Shown here: piece after piece, positions 8,725 through 18,520 of the stretch
Numbering within the stretch: position 1 is the first letter of the stretch
Layout: the number at the start of each line of letters is the position of its first letter
DNA from: Planktotalea sp.
GTDB lineage: Bacteria > Pseudomonadota > Alphaproteobacteria > Rhodobacterales > Rhodobacteraceae
DNA length: 64,000 bases
Direction of reading: 5' to 3'
NCBI GenBank assembly: GCA_965662135.1
Contig: CBFIGL010000013.1
Location: 11,353-75,352 of the forward strand
Position numbers and translations under genes: made by a program
The notes under the pieces: generated by a model
Database searches by the model: none
Told to the model about the DNA's origin: nothing
The model's input: the letters and a program-made list of their open reading frames with translations, nothing else

Positions 8725-11544
8725 TCATGGTTTGGTTTTCCACTTCAACTCGGACGGACCTGTGCCAACGGGAGATTTGATGGCGGGCATGGCGGGTTGG
8801 CTTTCGCTTGGTGGATTGGCCGCTTTCGCGATCTTCACACGCAGGTCGAACCATGCTGCTTGCCCGGTGATCGGATCAGAGTTTGACCAACGCAGACCAT
8901 CGCCCTTGGGTGGCATCAATTCGTGGATGAGGTGGTTGAGCAAGAAGCCTTTGGTTGCCTCTGGCGCATCCTCTTCCAAGGCCCACGCGCCTTTGCGTTT
9001 GCCGATCGCGTTCCATGTCCAGACCGTATTCGCATTCAGCGCGGCCATTTCCATGACAGGAACCGTGATCGAACCGTGTGTAGAGCTAACCGTTGCCCAA
9101 TCCTCATCCTTCAACCCATGCTTTTCCATCAGGTTTGTAGGTAGATAGAGCGGGTTGTGACCGTGAATTTGACGAAGCCAAGCGTTCTGGCTGCCCCAAG
9201 AATGATACATGGCCATCGGGCGTTGTGTCAGGGCGTGCACAGGGTATTCGTCCACATCGACGGCGCTGTCCTCAAACGGTTCGTACCAGATTGGCAGCGG
9301 ATCCATTGTCGCCTTGATCCGCTCGCGCAGATGCTCTGGCGGTTGACGCTCCCCATGCCCTTCAGCGGCGCGTTGGAACTTGCGCATAGGTTCGACGTAG
9401 AGCTGGAACAGATACGGCTCAGGCTTATCGATGATGCCCATGCCCACGGCCCACTCTTGGTAGGCCATGTTCCAAGGTTTGTAGTAATTCGCTCCCTCTG
9501 GGATGTGCTCTACAAAGAAGCCGCCATTCTCGATGTAGGCATCAAGCTGCGCTTCATTCGCCTCACCGCGTCCGTTTTGCAGACCGTTCTCGCCCATGCG
9601 CCAACCTGCAAGGGGGCCAATGCCCGGCTTGCGGATATGGTTGGTGATGTAGTCGGCGTAATCTGCGTATTTCTGCGATCCGTCTTCATTGATGAAGCCT
9701 GGCAAATCAAGACGCGCGCCTAACTCACAGAGCACCGATTGGAAGCCCCGTACATCGCGATCAGGCTCGATCACGGGCCAACGGATCGCGTCGGCAGCGG
9801 CATCCGCTTCGCAGATCGGGCGATCCAACAAAGAGATACAATCGTGACGCTCCAAATATGTCGTATCCGGCAGGATCAGGTCCGCATAAGCGACCATTTC
9901 AGAAGAATACGCATCGGAATAGATGATCCGTGGGATCACATATTCGCCGGTTTCCTCGTCCCTGTCCGTCAGCATATCAATGACGCCGCGCGTGTTCATC
10001 GAAGAGTTCCACGCCATATTCGCCATATACATGAACAGCGTGTCGATCTTGTAGGGATCACCCGCATGCGCGTTGGAAATGACCATGTGCATCATGCCAT
10101 GGGCGGACATGGGGTTGTCCCATGTGAATGCCTTGTCGATACGCGCGGCTGTGCCGTCTGGCTTGAGAGCAAGATCATCAGGACCATGGACGAAACCAAG
10201 GTGCGGACCGTCCAAAGGCTTGCCCGGTGTCACGCCATAGTGCGGCTTCGGGTGGATGGTCGCAGGCTTTGGATAAGGCGGTTTGAAACGGAAACCACCG
10301 GGGACTTCGACAGTGCCGAGCAAGATTTGCAAGACATGCAAAGAGCGGCAGGTTTGGAACCCGTTCGAGTGCGCAGAAATACCGCGCATGGAGTGGAAGC
10401 TCACAGGGCGACCCGTCATTTTGGAATGCGTCTGACCGCGGAAATCGGTCCATTCTTGATCCAGCTCAAAGCTTTCTTCAAACGCCACACGCGCGATTTC
10501 GTTGGCGATGCCGCGAATACGTTCGGCAGGGATGCCGCATCGCTCGGCTACTGCTTCGGGCGCGTAGTCCTCGGACATGTAACGCTCTGCCATCAGGTGG
10601 AAGACGGGCTTATGCGCCACGCCTGCATGACGATGTGTGGCGGACAGATCAGGGCGCACGCCTTTTTGATCGAAGGGTGTCAACTTGCCGGTGTTGCGAT
10701 CAATCACCAGCTCTTTGCCGTCCTCATCACGCATCAATAGGCCAGTTTCAGCATCAACCAGAACCGGCGCGTTGGTGTATTGTGCGAGGTACTCAAGGTC
10801 GATCTTACCCGCCTTCATCAACTCGTGCACAAGGGCGAGGATGAACAGACCATCCGTGCCGGGCGTGATGCCGACCCAATCGTCAGCGACGGCGTTATAG
10901 CCTGTGCGGATGGGGTTCACGCCAATCACGCGCGCACCACGTTCTTTGATCTTGCCAATGCCCATCTTGATGGGGTTGCTGTCGTGATCCTCTGCCACAC
11001 CAAAGAGCATAAACAGCTTTGTGTAATCCCAATCAGGTTGGCCAAATTCCCAGAACGCGCCGCCCATCGTGTAGATGCCTGCGGCGGCCATGTTCACGGA
11101 ACAGAACCCGCCGTGGGCCGCATAGTTTGGTGTGCCAAAGTGCTGCGCCCAAAAGCTGGTGAAGGACTGAGACTGATCGCGGCCTGTGAAGAACGCCAGT
11201 TTCTCAGGGTTCTCTGCACGAATAGGCGCAAGCCAATCGGTCGCGATTGTCAGCGCTTCTTCCCATGAAATCTCCTCAAACTCACCCGATCCACGTGGCC
11301 CTACACGCTTTAGCGGCGCTTTCAAACGCGATGGCGCGTTGACCTGCATGATGCCCGCAGACCCCTTGGCGCACAAAACGCCTTTGTTCACGGGATGGTC
11401 TTTGTTGCCTTCGATGTAGGCGACTTTGCCTTCTTTCATGTGTACATTGATGCCGCAACGACACGCACACATGTAGCAGGTGGTTTTACGCACCTCGTCA
11501 GAGACGTGGGGTGACAGGTCCAGTGTGGGTTGGTCTTTGGGCAT
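8725..11544 (-). CDS. soeA: Cytoplasmic molybdopterin sulfite dehydrogenase catalytic subunit
   Basis: TTCYMCACRC...LCAKG Fe-S motif, DMSO-reductase-family motifs, no Tat signal. Adjacent to xsc/pta as in Ruegeria pomeroyi. Confidence 0.88.
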   Translation of the reverse strand: MPKDQPTLDLSPHVSDEVRKTTCYMCACRCGINVHMKEGKVAYIEGNKDHPVNKGVLCAKGSAGIMQVNAPSRLKAPLKRVGPRGSGEFEEISWEEALTIATDWLAPIRAENPEKLAFFTGRDQSQSFTSFWAQHFGTPNYAAHGGFCSVNMAAAGIYTMGGAFWEFGQPDWDYTKLFMLFGVAEDHDSNPIKMGIGKIKERGARVIGVNPIRTGYNAVADDWVGITPGTDGLFILALVHELMKAGKIDLEYLAQYTNAPVLVDAETGLLMRDEDGKELVIDRNTGKLTPFDQKGVRPDLSATHRHAGVAHKPVFHLMAERYMSEDYAPEAVAERCGIPAERIRGIANEIARVAFEESFELDQEWTDFRGQTHSKMTGRPVSFHSMRGISAHSNGFQTCRSLHVLQILLGTVEVPGGFRFKPPYPKPATIHPKPHYGVTPGKPLDGPHLGFVHGPDDLALKPDGTAARIDKAFTWDNPMSAHGMMHMVISNAHAGDPYKIDTLFMYMANMAWNSSMNTRGVIDMLTDRDEETGEYVIPRIIYSDAYSSEMVAYADLILPDTTYLERHDCISLLDRPICEADAAADAIRWPVIEPDRDVRGFQSVLCELGARLDLPGFINEDGSQKYADYADYITNHIRKPGIGPLAGWRMGENGLQNGRGEANEAQLDAYIENGGFFVEHIPEGANYYKPWNMAYQEWAVGMGIIDKPEPYLFQLYVEPMRKFQRAAEGHGERQPPEHLRERIKATMDPLPIWYEPFEDSAVDVDEYPVHALTQRPMAMYHSWGSQNAWLRQIHGHNPLYLPTNLMEKHGLKDEDWATVSSTHGSITVPVMEMAALNANTVWTWNAIGKRKGAWALEEDAPEATKGFLLNHLIHELMPPKGDGLRWSNSDPITGQAAWFDLRVKIAKAANPPSESQPAMPAIKSPVGTGPSELKWKTKP

Positions 11545-11598
11545 GTCAGATATCTTTCTTGTTGGGCGTGCGAATTTTAGTGTGGGTGAAGCAGGCCA

Positions 11599-12351
11599 TT
11601 ATGACAAGCTTAACCGCAATAACCCGAAGGCGGATAGACCGCACAAAAGGGTCAGGCAGAACGGGCGATAATAGGGTTCCAATCGGGGCGTAAACAGCTT
11701 CATGCCTGCCCAAACCCCCAGCATGGAAGGAAGGGCAAAGGCGAGACCACGCAAAAAAGCGACTTGTGTCAGAACCCCGAACCAGATCAGCCAGAACATC
11801 GAAATGGCGGAGCTGAGGAAGAGGAATAGAACCAAGGCCGCACGCATTTGGCGCGCCGGGGTTTGGCTGGACAGAACATAAAGCGCGATGACCATGCCGC
11901 CCACGCTGGCGATGCCGGAAACTATGCCTGCGACAAGGCCCGTGATGTATGTGCCAGGTTTGGAGGCGAGCGCAGGAATTTGAATGCGCGCCAACTGTAG
12001 CGCGGCAAGCGTGATGATGATGCTGAGCGCGATCAACTTGGACAGATCAACGTCAATGCTGGTGGTCAGCGCAAGGCCGATAGGCGCGCCGATGCCGGAT
12101 GTGATGACAAGCGCATTGACCAGTTTGCGATCGGCGTCCTGCCAGCCCCCTTTGCCCATAAGCAAGCTTGCCGACATTTCCAAGAACCAACAGATCGGGA
12201 TCAACTGAACGGGTGGCAGGATCAACGCAGCACTTGCCATCACAAGGGCAGACAGGGCGAATCCCGAAAATCCGCGCACAAGACCCGCACAAAAGCAGAT
12301 CACTGCGAGGGTGATAATCTCGGTGACAGTGAGGCCCAGCAGCTCTGTCAT
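11599..12351 (-). CDS. tauE: Sulfite exporter TauE/SafE family
   Basis: AGLVRGFSGFA and GIVSGIASVGG repeats, about 8 TM, in the xsc-pta operon. Confidence 0.75.
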   Translation of the reverse strand: MTELLGLTVTEIITLAVICFCAGLVRGFSGFALSALVMASAALILPPVQLIPICWFLEMSASLLMGKGGWQDADRKLVNALVITSGIGAPIGLALTTSIDVDLSKLIALSIIITLAALQLARIQIPALASKPGTYITGLVAGIVSGIASVGGMVIALYVLSSQTPARQMRAALVLFLFLSSAISMFWLIWFGVLTQVAFLRGLAFALPSMLGVWAGMKLFTPRLEPYYRPFCLTLLCGLSAFGLLRLSLS

Positions 12352-13400
12352 ACGGTCTGCGCTTGTAAGACAGTCACAGCAATCATCGCTAGAACATCGC
12401 CCGCAGTGCAGCCGCGCGATAGGTCATTTGAAGGCTTGGCAAGACCTTGCAAGACAGGCCCGATCGCAACCGCGCCACCAAAACGCTGCGCCAGTTTATA
12501 GCCGATGTTACCTGCATCAAGGTTGGGGAAGATCAATACATTTGCGCTACCTTGCAAAGCACCACTTGGGGCTTTGGACGCGGCAACAGACGGGACAAGG
12601 GCAGCGTCCAGCTGCAACTCCCCATCGACAATCAAATCAGGGCGCGCAGCTTTCAACGCTTCTGTCGCCTCGCTTACCTTCGTGACGCGCTCATGCTTGG
12701 CAGAGCCGTGCGTAGAGAAAGACAGCATGCCAAGTTTCGGCGTCTCACCCACAAGCGCGGCAAAACTATCGGCGGCTTGCGATGCAATGCCGGCAAGTTC
12801 GTTTGCATCAGGATCGATCACCATACCGCAGTCAGAAAAGACCATCGCCGCGCGATCCAGCGGGTGATTTTCAGGTAAAATCATCAAGAAGAACGAGGAC
12901 ACCAAAGGCGCGCCCTTGGCTTTGCCTATCACGTGCAGCGTCGCGCGAACTGTGTCGGACGTCGTTGCAACTGCGCCGCCAATCGAGCCATCGGCGCGAC
13001 CGGTTTCAACTAGCAAGGCGGCAAACACCAAAGGGTCAAGCGTCGCTTTCTTCGCGAGCTCTAAAGACAGTCCCTTGTGGGCGCGAAGCTCGACGAAGCG
13101 TTCGGCGAGGGTGCCGAAAATTCTTGAATTTTCGGGGTCGTGCACGTCGACACCCGTCGGATCATCCAGATCAAACTTAGCCAGCGTGGCCTGAACATCA
13201 GCTTCAGGCCCAACAAGATGCGCTTTGTTGATAAGACCCGCATTTAAAGCAGTAACAGCAGCTTCGACAATGCGCGGATCGCTGCCTTCGGCAAAGGCAA
13301 TCGTTTTAGGGGCCGCCGCCGCCCGCGTCATCAAAGACGCGAGCGGCGGGAGCTTGTTTGCTTCTTCTAGCAAAGCGACAGGTTTTGCGTTGCCAGACAT
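12348..13400 (-). CDS. pta: Phosphate acetyltransferase
   Basis: FSDCG, MLSFSTHGSA, DGELQLDAAL, FPNLDAGNIGYK and DLSRGC motifs. Confidence 0.95.
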   Translation of the reverse strand: MSGNAKPVALLEEANKLPPLASLMTRAAAAPKTIAFAEGSDPRIVEAAVTALNAGLINKAHLVGPEADVQATLAKFDLDDPTGVDVHDPENSRIFGTLAERFVELRAHKGLSLELAKKATLDPLVFAALLVETGRADGSIGGAVATTSDTVRATLHVIGKAKGAPLVSSFFLMILPENHPLDRAAMVFSDCGMVIDPDANELAGIASQAADSFAALVGETPKLGMLSFSTHGSAKHERVTKVSEATEALKAARPDLIVDGELQLDAALVPSVAASKAPSGALQGSANVLIFPNLDAGNIGYKLAQRFGGAVAIGPVLQGLAKPSNDLSRGCTAGDVLAMIAVTVLQAQTV

Positions 13401-13406
13401 TCCCGA

Positions 13407-15185
13407 TTAGACGGTCTGGGGAACCATGTCGTCTGCGCTGATACCAGCAACAGAAACAGGCTTTTTCATCGCATCGCGGCGGAAAGGTTCACCTAGCTCT
13501 TGGTTGATCATGGCTTCGATCAGCGTTGTGATGCCGTTCTCCATCTGATCTTTGATCGCTTGATGTAGCGCTGCGGTCAGCTCGTCCTGTGTGCGTGCAA
13601 CCACGCCCTTCAGACCACATGCGTTCGCGATGCCAGCGTAGGAAACGCCCTCGTCCAGCTCTGTGCCAACGAAGTTATCATCGAACCAAAGGGTTGAGTT
13701 ACGCTTTTCCGCGCCCCACTGGTAGTTACGGAACACAACCTGTGTCATCGCAGGCCAGTCGCCGCGACCAATTGCTGTTAGCTCGTTTACCGCGATACCG
13801 AAAGCACCGTCGCCAGAAAAACCAACGACAGGCACGTCAGGGCAACCGATTTTTGCACCCGCAACCGCAGGCAGACCGTAGCCACAAGGACCAAACAGAC
13901 CCGGTGCTAGATACTTACGACCCGTATCGAAATCAGGGTAGGCGTTACCGATCGCACAGTTGTTGCCGATGTCGGAAGAAATGATCGCTTCACGCGGCAG
14001 AGCCGCCTGAATGGCGCGCCATGCCATACGTGGTGACATCCACTCTGGCTTGGCCGCGCGTGCGCGTTGGTTCCACGTCGTGCCCGGATCGTCCTGTTCT
14101 TCGGTCATAGAGGTCAGTTCTTGTGCCCAAGCCGACTTCTTCTGCGCGATGTTGGCTTCACGCTCTTTACGACCTGCATCACCTGCATCGTCAGACAAAT
14201 GCGCGAGAATACCGTTCGCAACTTTCGCAGCATCGCCAACGATCCCAACAGTGACCTTTTTGGTCAGACCGATGCGATCAGGGTTGATGTCGACCTGAAT
14301 GATCTTTGCGTCTGCTGGCCAGTACTCCATACCATAACCCGGCAATGTAGAGAACGGGTTAAGACGTGTGCCAAGGCACAGAACCACGTCTGCGTCTTTG
14401 ATCAATTCCATTCCTGCTTTGGACCCGTTGTAACCCAATGGACCTGCGAACAAGGGGTGTGAACCCGGAAACGCATCATTGTGCTGATAACCAACACAGA
14501 CAGGTGCGCTTAGACGCTCTGCCAGAACCTTGGAGGCGTCGATGCCGCCTTTGGACAAAACAACGCCTGCGCCGTTCAAGATAACCGGGTTCTTGGCCGC
14601 TGACAAAATCGCTGCAGCTTCCGCAACAGAGTTTGTACCACCGGGGGATGCTTCGAATTCAATTGGATCCGGGATTTCGATGTCAACAACCTGTGTCCAG
14701 AAGTCGCGCGGAATGTTGATCTGTGCAGGACCGGACAGACGCTTTGCCTGTGAAATCACCCGCGTCAGAACCTCGACAACGCGGGACGGGTCACGCACTT
14801 CTTCTTGGTAGGCAACCATGTCTTCGAACAGTTTCATCTGCTCGACTTCTTGAAAACCGCCCTGACCGATGGTCTTGTTCGCCGCCTGAGGCGTGACAAG
14901 CAAAAGAGGCGTGTGGTTCCAGTAAGCGGTCTTTACGGCTGTCACGAAGTTTGTGATGCCGGGGCCGTTCTGAGCAATCATCATGCTCATCTTGCCAGTG
15001 GCGCGCGTATAGCCGTCTGCCATCATGCCGGCGCTGCCTTCGTGCGCGCAATCCCAGAACTTGATGCCCGCTTTCGGGAAAATATCCGAGATCGGCATCA
15101 TAGCTGAACCGATGATCCCGAATGCGTGCTGAATACCGTGGCGTTGCAAGGACTTAACGAAAGCTTCTTCAGTGGTCATCTTCAT
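13407..15185 (-). CDS. xsc: Sulfoacetaldehyde acetyltransferase (ThDP)
   Basis: Start reassigned to MKMTTEEAFVK. GIIGSA, SSDIGNNC, GDGA...N ThDP motif, NYQWGAEKRN and LGEPFRRDAM. Confidence 0.95.
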   Translation of the reverse strand: MKMTTEEAFVKSLQRHGIQHAFGIIGSAMMPISDIFPKAGIKFWDCAHEGSAGMMADGYTRATGKMSMMIAQNGPGITNFVTAVKTAYWNHTPLLLVTPQAANKTIGQGGFQEVEQMKLFEDMVAYQEEVRDPSRVVEVLTRVISQAKRLSGPAQINIPRDFWTQVVDIEIPDPIEFEASPGGTNSVAEAAAILSAAKNPVILNGAGVVLSKGGIDASKVLAERLSAPVCVGYQHNDAFPGSHPLFAGPLGYNGSKAGMELIKDADVVLCLGTRLNPFSTLPGYGMEYWPADAKIIQVDINPDRIGLTKKVTVGIVGDAAKVANGILAHLSDDAGDAGRKEREANIAQKKSAWAQELTSMTEEQDDPGTTWNQRARAAKPEWMSPRMAWRAIQAALPREAIISSDIGNNCAIGNAYPDFDTGRKYLAPGLFGPCGYGLPAVAGAKIGCPDVPVVGFSGDGAFGIAVNELTAIGRGDWPAMTQVVFRNYQWGAEKRNSTLWFDDNFVGTELDEGVSYAGIANACGLKGVVARTQDELTAALHQAIKDQMENGITTLIEAMINQELGEPFRRDAMKKPVSVAGISADDMVPQTV

Positions 15186-15278
15186 GGATGCGCTCCTGGG
15201 CTGCAGTGTGGAATTAAAAAGAGCCCGCAAAAAGAGCAGGCGAATTGAGGCGACATTATTCAGCCCTAGAGATTCCAG

Positions 15279-15311
15279 TTAGGGCCAGTTGTCTAGATGG
15301 AATATGTCCAG
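15279..15311 (-). promoter_or_regulatory. Putative TauR direct-repeat operator upstream of xsc
   Basis: Minus strand CTGGACATAT-N13-CTGGCCCTAA, resembling the R. capsulatus TauR repeat CTGGACYTAA. Confidence 0.65.
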
Positions 15312-15329
15312 TGAGAAATTTAATGAGAT

Positions 15330-16799
15330 TTATTGTCTCATTAATTCATCAATTTTCTGCGCGATTCTGGCGACCCCTTCGGGGATGCGTTCGCGTGAAA
15401 TCGAAGAATAGGCAAGCCGGTAATAATTCTTGGGTGCACTTCCTGCTTCAAAATAAGGATGCCCGGGCTCAATCAGAACACTTTGTGCGCGTAAAGCATC
15501 AGCCAGAACGTCTGTGTCTACGTTCTCGGGGGCCCGCATCCAGAAGCTCGACCCGCCAAAAACACCGCGGCCGGTTATGTCCAGCCCGTGCTGGTTTAAA
15601 GCATCTTCCATAAATTCACGGCGCTTTTTGTAGACCTTGCCCATCTTGCGCACCAAAGCGTCGTAATGCCCCAGCGATAAGAAATAGGCGGCAGTGCGCT
15701 GGATATGTCCAGGCGGGTGGCGCAGCACAGAGGCGCGAAGGGCACGCGCTTCGCGGATGAAAGGTTCTGATCCGACAAGATAGCCCAATCTAAGACCCGG
15801 AAAGATGGATTTGGAGAAACTGCCCACATACACAACGCGCCCATCTGCATCGAGCGACTTGAGCGCAGGCAACGGCGCACCAAGGAAAGACACCTCGAAT
15901 TCGTAATCATCTTCAACGATGATTGCATCCAGCTCTTTGGCGCGCGCTAACAAGGCTTTGCGTCGTGCGTGCGGCATGGTGGACGAGGTCGGACATTGAT
16001 GGCTTGGCGTGGCAAAGATGACGTCCGTATCGTCAGGGATCAGGTCAGGTTGCAACCCGTCTTTGTCCACAGGAACTGGCGACAGATTGCAACGCGCATG
16101 GGTCAAGATATCGCGCAGCGCATGATAACAAGGATCCTCAATCGCAGCAGCGCGGCGTTGGTTCAGCAGGATTTGTGCGGTGATCCAAAGCGCGTTTTGG
16201 GCACCGACGGTGATCAGGATTTCTTCAGGCCGCGCAACAATTCCGCGCCGTGGTAAAGTGTGGCGCGTAATAAACTCGATAAGCTGTGGGTCATCTTGAT
16301 CGTAATAATCCGCAGTCAGCGCGGAAAAATCCCGCGCGCCCAAGGCTTGTAAGGCACACAGACGCCAATTGGCATGATCAAACAGGCTTTGATCCACCTG
16401 CCCATAGATGAAGGGATAGCGATACTTGGCCCAGTCCATCGGCTTAGACGGTGTCGAACCGCCCGTGAATTTCTGCCCGATCGCGCGCGACCAATCGACT
16501 GTTTCGGCTTTGTTTGTGGGCGGATCGAATTTGGGTGGCTCGGGTGCATTTTCTGACACGAAATAGCCCGAACGCCCGCGGCTGGTTAGATAATCATTCG
16601 ACAGCAACTCGGTATAGGCCAGTGTCACGGTGATCCGACTGATCCCAAGGTGTGACGCAAGCTTGCGCGAAGACGGTAGCTTTTCTCCCTTAGCATACCG
16701 GCCTGACAGAATTCCCTGCGCGATCATCTGCTGAATTTGCGCCTGTAACGTCCCGTGCGAGTCGGGGTTGAGGAAGAATGTATCAATCGAAATAGCCAT
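15330..16799 (-). CDS. tauR: MocR/GabR-family PLP-dependent taurine regulator
   Basis: wHTH LPSSRKLASHLGISRITV plus aminotransferase-like domain (EDDY, GSFSKS, GLRLGY). Directly upstream of xsc. Confidence 0.9.
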   Translation of the reverse strand: MAISIDTFFLNPDSHGTLQAQIQQMIAQGILSGRYAKGEKLPSSRKLASHLGISRITVTLAYTELLSNDYLTSRGRSGYFVSENAPEPPKFDPPTNKAETVDWSRAIGQKFTGGSTPSKPMDWAKYRYPFIYGQVDQSLFDHANWRLCALQALGARDFSALTADYYDQDDPQLIEFITRHTLPRRGIVARPEEILITVGAQNALWITAQILLNQRRAAAIEDPCYHALRDILTHARCNLSPVPVDKDGLQPDLIPDDTDVIFATPSHQCPTSSTMPHARRKALLARAKELDAIIVEDDYEFEVSFLGAPLPALKSLDADGRVVYVGSFSKSIFPGLRLGYLVGSEPFIREARALRASVLRHPPGHIQRTAAYFLSLGHYDALVRKMGKVYKKRREFMEDALNQHGLDITGRGVFGGSSFWMRAPENVDTDVLADALRAQSVLIEPGHPYFEAGSAPKNYYRLAYSSISRERIPEGVARIAQKIDELMRQ

Positions 16800-16812
16800 G
16801 CGTAACTCTAGT

Positions 16813-16844
16813 CTGGTCCTAAGTCGCGATGCAACTGGACTTAT
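16813..16844 (+). promoter_or_regulatory. Putative TauR direct-repeat operator in front of tauR
   Basis: CTGGTCCTAA-N12-CTGGACTTAT, 13 nt upstream of the tauR start. Confidence 0.65.
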
Positions 16845-16875
16845 GGTGGTCAGAAAAAGATTGACCGAAGGATTT

Positions 16876-16897
16876 TTGTATACAATATGAATACAAA
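16876..16897. promoter_or_regulatory. Putative GntR (FadR/VanR-type) operator
   Basis: Perfect palindrome TTGTATACAA plus an imperfect copy TGAATACAAA, downstream of a TTGACC and upstream of the GntR gene. Confidence 0.6.
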
Positions 16898-16919
16898 ATA
16901 ACCGTGAGTCGCCAAAACC

Positions 16920-17615
16920 ATGTCTAAGAAAGACGCCTGCCTCGCTGATTTGAAAGCGCGCGTGCTCGCACTTGATCTAGCGCCGGGGGCCGCGCTTGAT
17001 GAAGTGTCGCTCAGCGCGGCTTACGGTCTGTCGCGCACCCCCTTGCGCGAGGTCCTGCAACGCTTGGCAGGGGAAGGCTACATCAGCATCGAAGCGAACA
17101 GAGGTGCCGTCGTCTCCGCAATGGACGTCGCGGCGATGCGCCAATTCTTCCAAACCGCCCCCATCATCTACTGCGCCATTTCCCGTCTTGCCGCTGAAAA
17201 CGCGACTCTTGCGCAATTGAGATCACTCAAAGCTGCACAGTTCGATTTCACCAAAGCCAAAGGCAAATTGGATGCAGGTGCCATGGCGCTTGCCAATCAC
17301 CGCTTTCACGAGATCACCAGTGACATGTCCACAAATCCTTATCTCATCCCCGCAATGGGACGTTTGCTGATTGACCACACCCGCATGTCCCAACGCTTTT
17401 ACCGCGGGGTGGCACCGCAAGATGGCGTGCGCATCAATCAATCTGCGCATCAGCATGACCTGTTGATCGATGCGATTGAACGCCGCAGCGCCGAAGAAGC
17501 CGTTGAAATAACTCTCGATCATTGGGCGCTAAGCCGTGACGAAATAGAACGCTACGTCTGGCCGGATCCTTTGCCAGATGACACCACACGCCGCACGACA
17601 GGAGACAGAACATGA
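16920..17615 (+). CDS. GntR-family regulator with FCD domain
   Basis: LSRTPLREVLQRL HTH, plus NHRFH and HQHD metal-site residues. Confidence 0.9.
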   Translation: MSKKDACLADLKARVLALDLAPGAALDEVSLSAAYGLSRTPLREVLQRLAGEGYISIEANRGAVVSAMDVAAMRQFFQTAPIIYCAISRLAAENATLAQLRSLKAAQFDFTKAKGKLDAGAMALANHRFHEITSDMSTNPYLIPAMGRLLIDHTRMSQRFYRGVAPQDGVRINQSAHQHDLLIDAIERRSAEEAVEITLDHWALSRDEIERYVWPDPLPDDTTRRTTGDRT

Positions 17616-18520
17616 AATTCGAAGGCATCTACACGCCTTTGGTGACGCCGTTTAATGACGACTTCACTCTGAACAAAGACGCTCTGGAACGCACCGTGGA
17701 ATATCTGATCGACGCTGGCGTGCATGGCCTGATCGTGGCTGGTACCACTGGCGAATACTACGCGATGAGCATGAAAGAGCGCGTTTATATGATGGGCCTG
17801 TGCCGCGAATTGATCAAAGGTCGTTTGCCGATGATCGTCGGCACAGGTGCGATCCGCACGGAAGAAAGCATTGAATACGCGGTTCAGGCGCAAGCCAATG
17901 GCGCAGATGCTCTGCTGATCGCAACACCGCCCTACGCCTATCCAAACAGCCGCGAAATCGCGATGCACTGTCTGGCGATTGACCGCGCCGCAAACTTGCC
18001 TGCAATGCTCTATAACTACCCGGGCCGCATGTCGGTGAACATGGATGAAGAGGTGCTGGATCGTCTTGGCCGTTCGCCGAATTTCTGCGCGATCAAGGAA
18101 AGCTCGGGTGATATTAACCGCCTTCACATGCTTGCGCGCGACTACCCGCATATCCAGATGAGCTGCGGTATGGATGATCAAGCGCTTGAGTTCTTCGCAT
18201 GGGGCGCGCGCTCTTGGGTCTGTGCGGGTTCAAACTTTGCCCCACATGCGCATATCGCGCTCTACCAAGCCTGTGCGGTTGAGGGCGACTTTACCAAAGG
18301 CCGCGCAATCATGTCGGCAATGTTGCCGCTGATGCGCGTATTAGAGCAGGGCGGAAAATTCGTGCAATGCATCAAGCACGGCCTCACCTTGCGCGGTATC
18401 CCAGCGGGTCCACCGCGGCGCCCTATGCTACCCCTGAACAAAGACGACAAACGCGAATTGGATCAAGTGATCCGCACGATGGATGCGGCGCTGGCCGCGA
18501 TTGAAGGAGAAAGCGCATGA
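17612..18520 (+). CDS. DHDPS/NAL-family class I aldolase or deaminase (not biosynthetic DapA)
   Basis: GTTGE, LYNYPGR and Schiff-base IKESSGD motifs, in a catabolic operon context. Confidence 0.85.
   Translation: MKFEGIYTPLVTPFNDDFTLNKDALERTVEYLIDAGVHGLIVAGTTGEYYAMSMKERVYMMGLCRELIKGRLPMIVGTGAIRTEESIEYAVQAQANGADALLIATPPYAYPNSREIAMHCLAIDRAANLPAMLYNYPGRMSVNMDEEVLDRLGRSPNFCAIKESSGDINRLHMLARDYPHIQMSCGMDDQALEFFAWGARSWVCAGSNFAPHAHIALYQACAVEGDFTKGRAIMSAMLPLMRVLEQGGKFVQCIKHGLTLRGIPAGPPRRPMLPLNKDDKRELDQVIRTMDAALAAIEGESA

Noticed and set aside
17612-18520. Calling this gene dapA
   Set aside because: It sits in a GntR-controlled catabolic operon, so it is more likely a DHDPS-family paralog.
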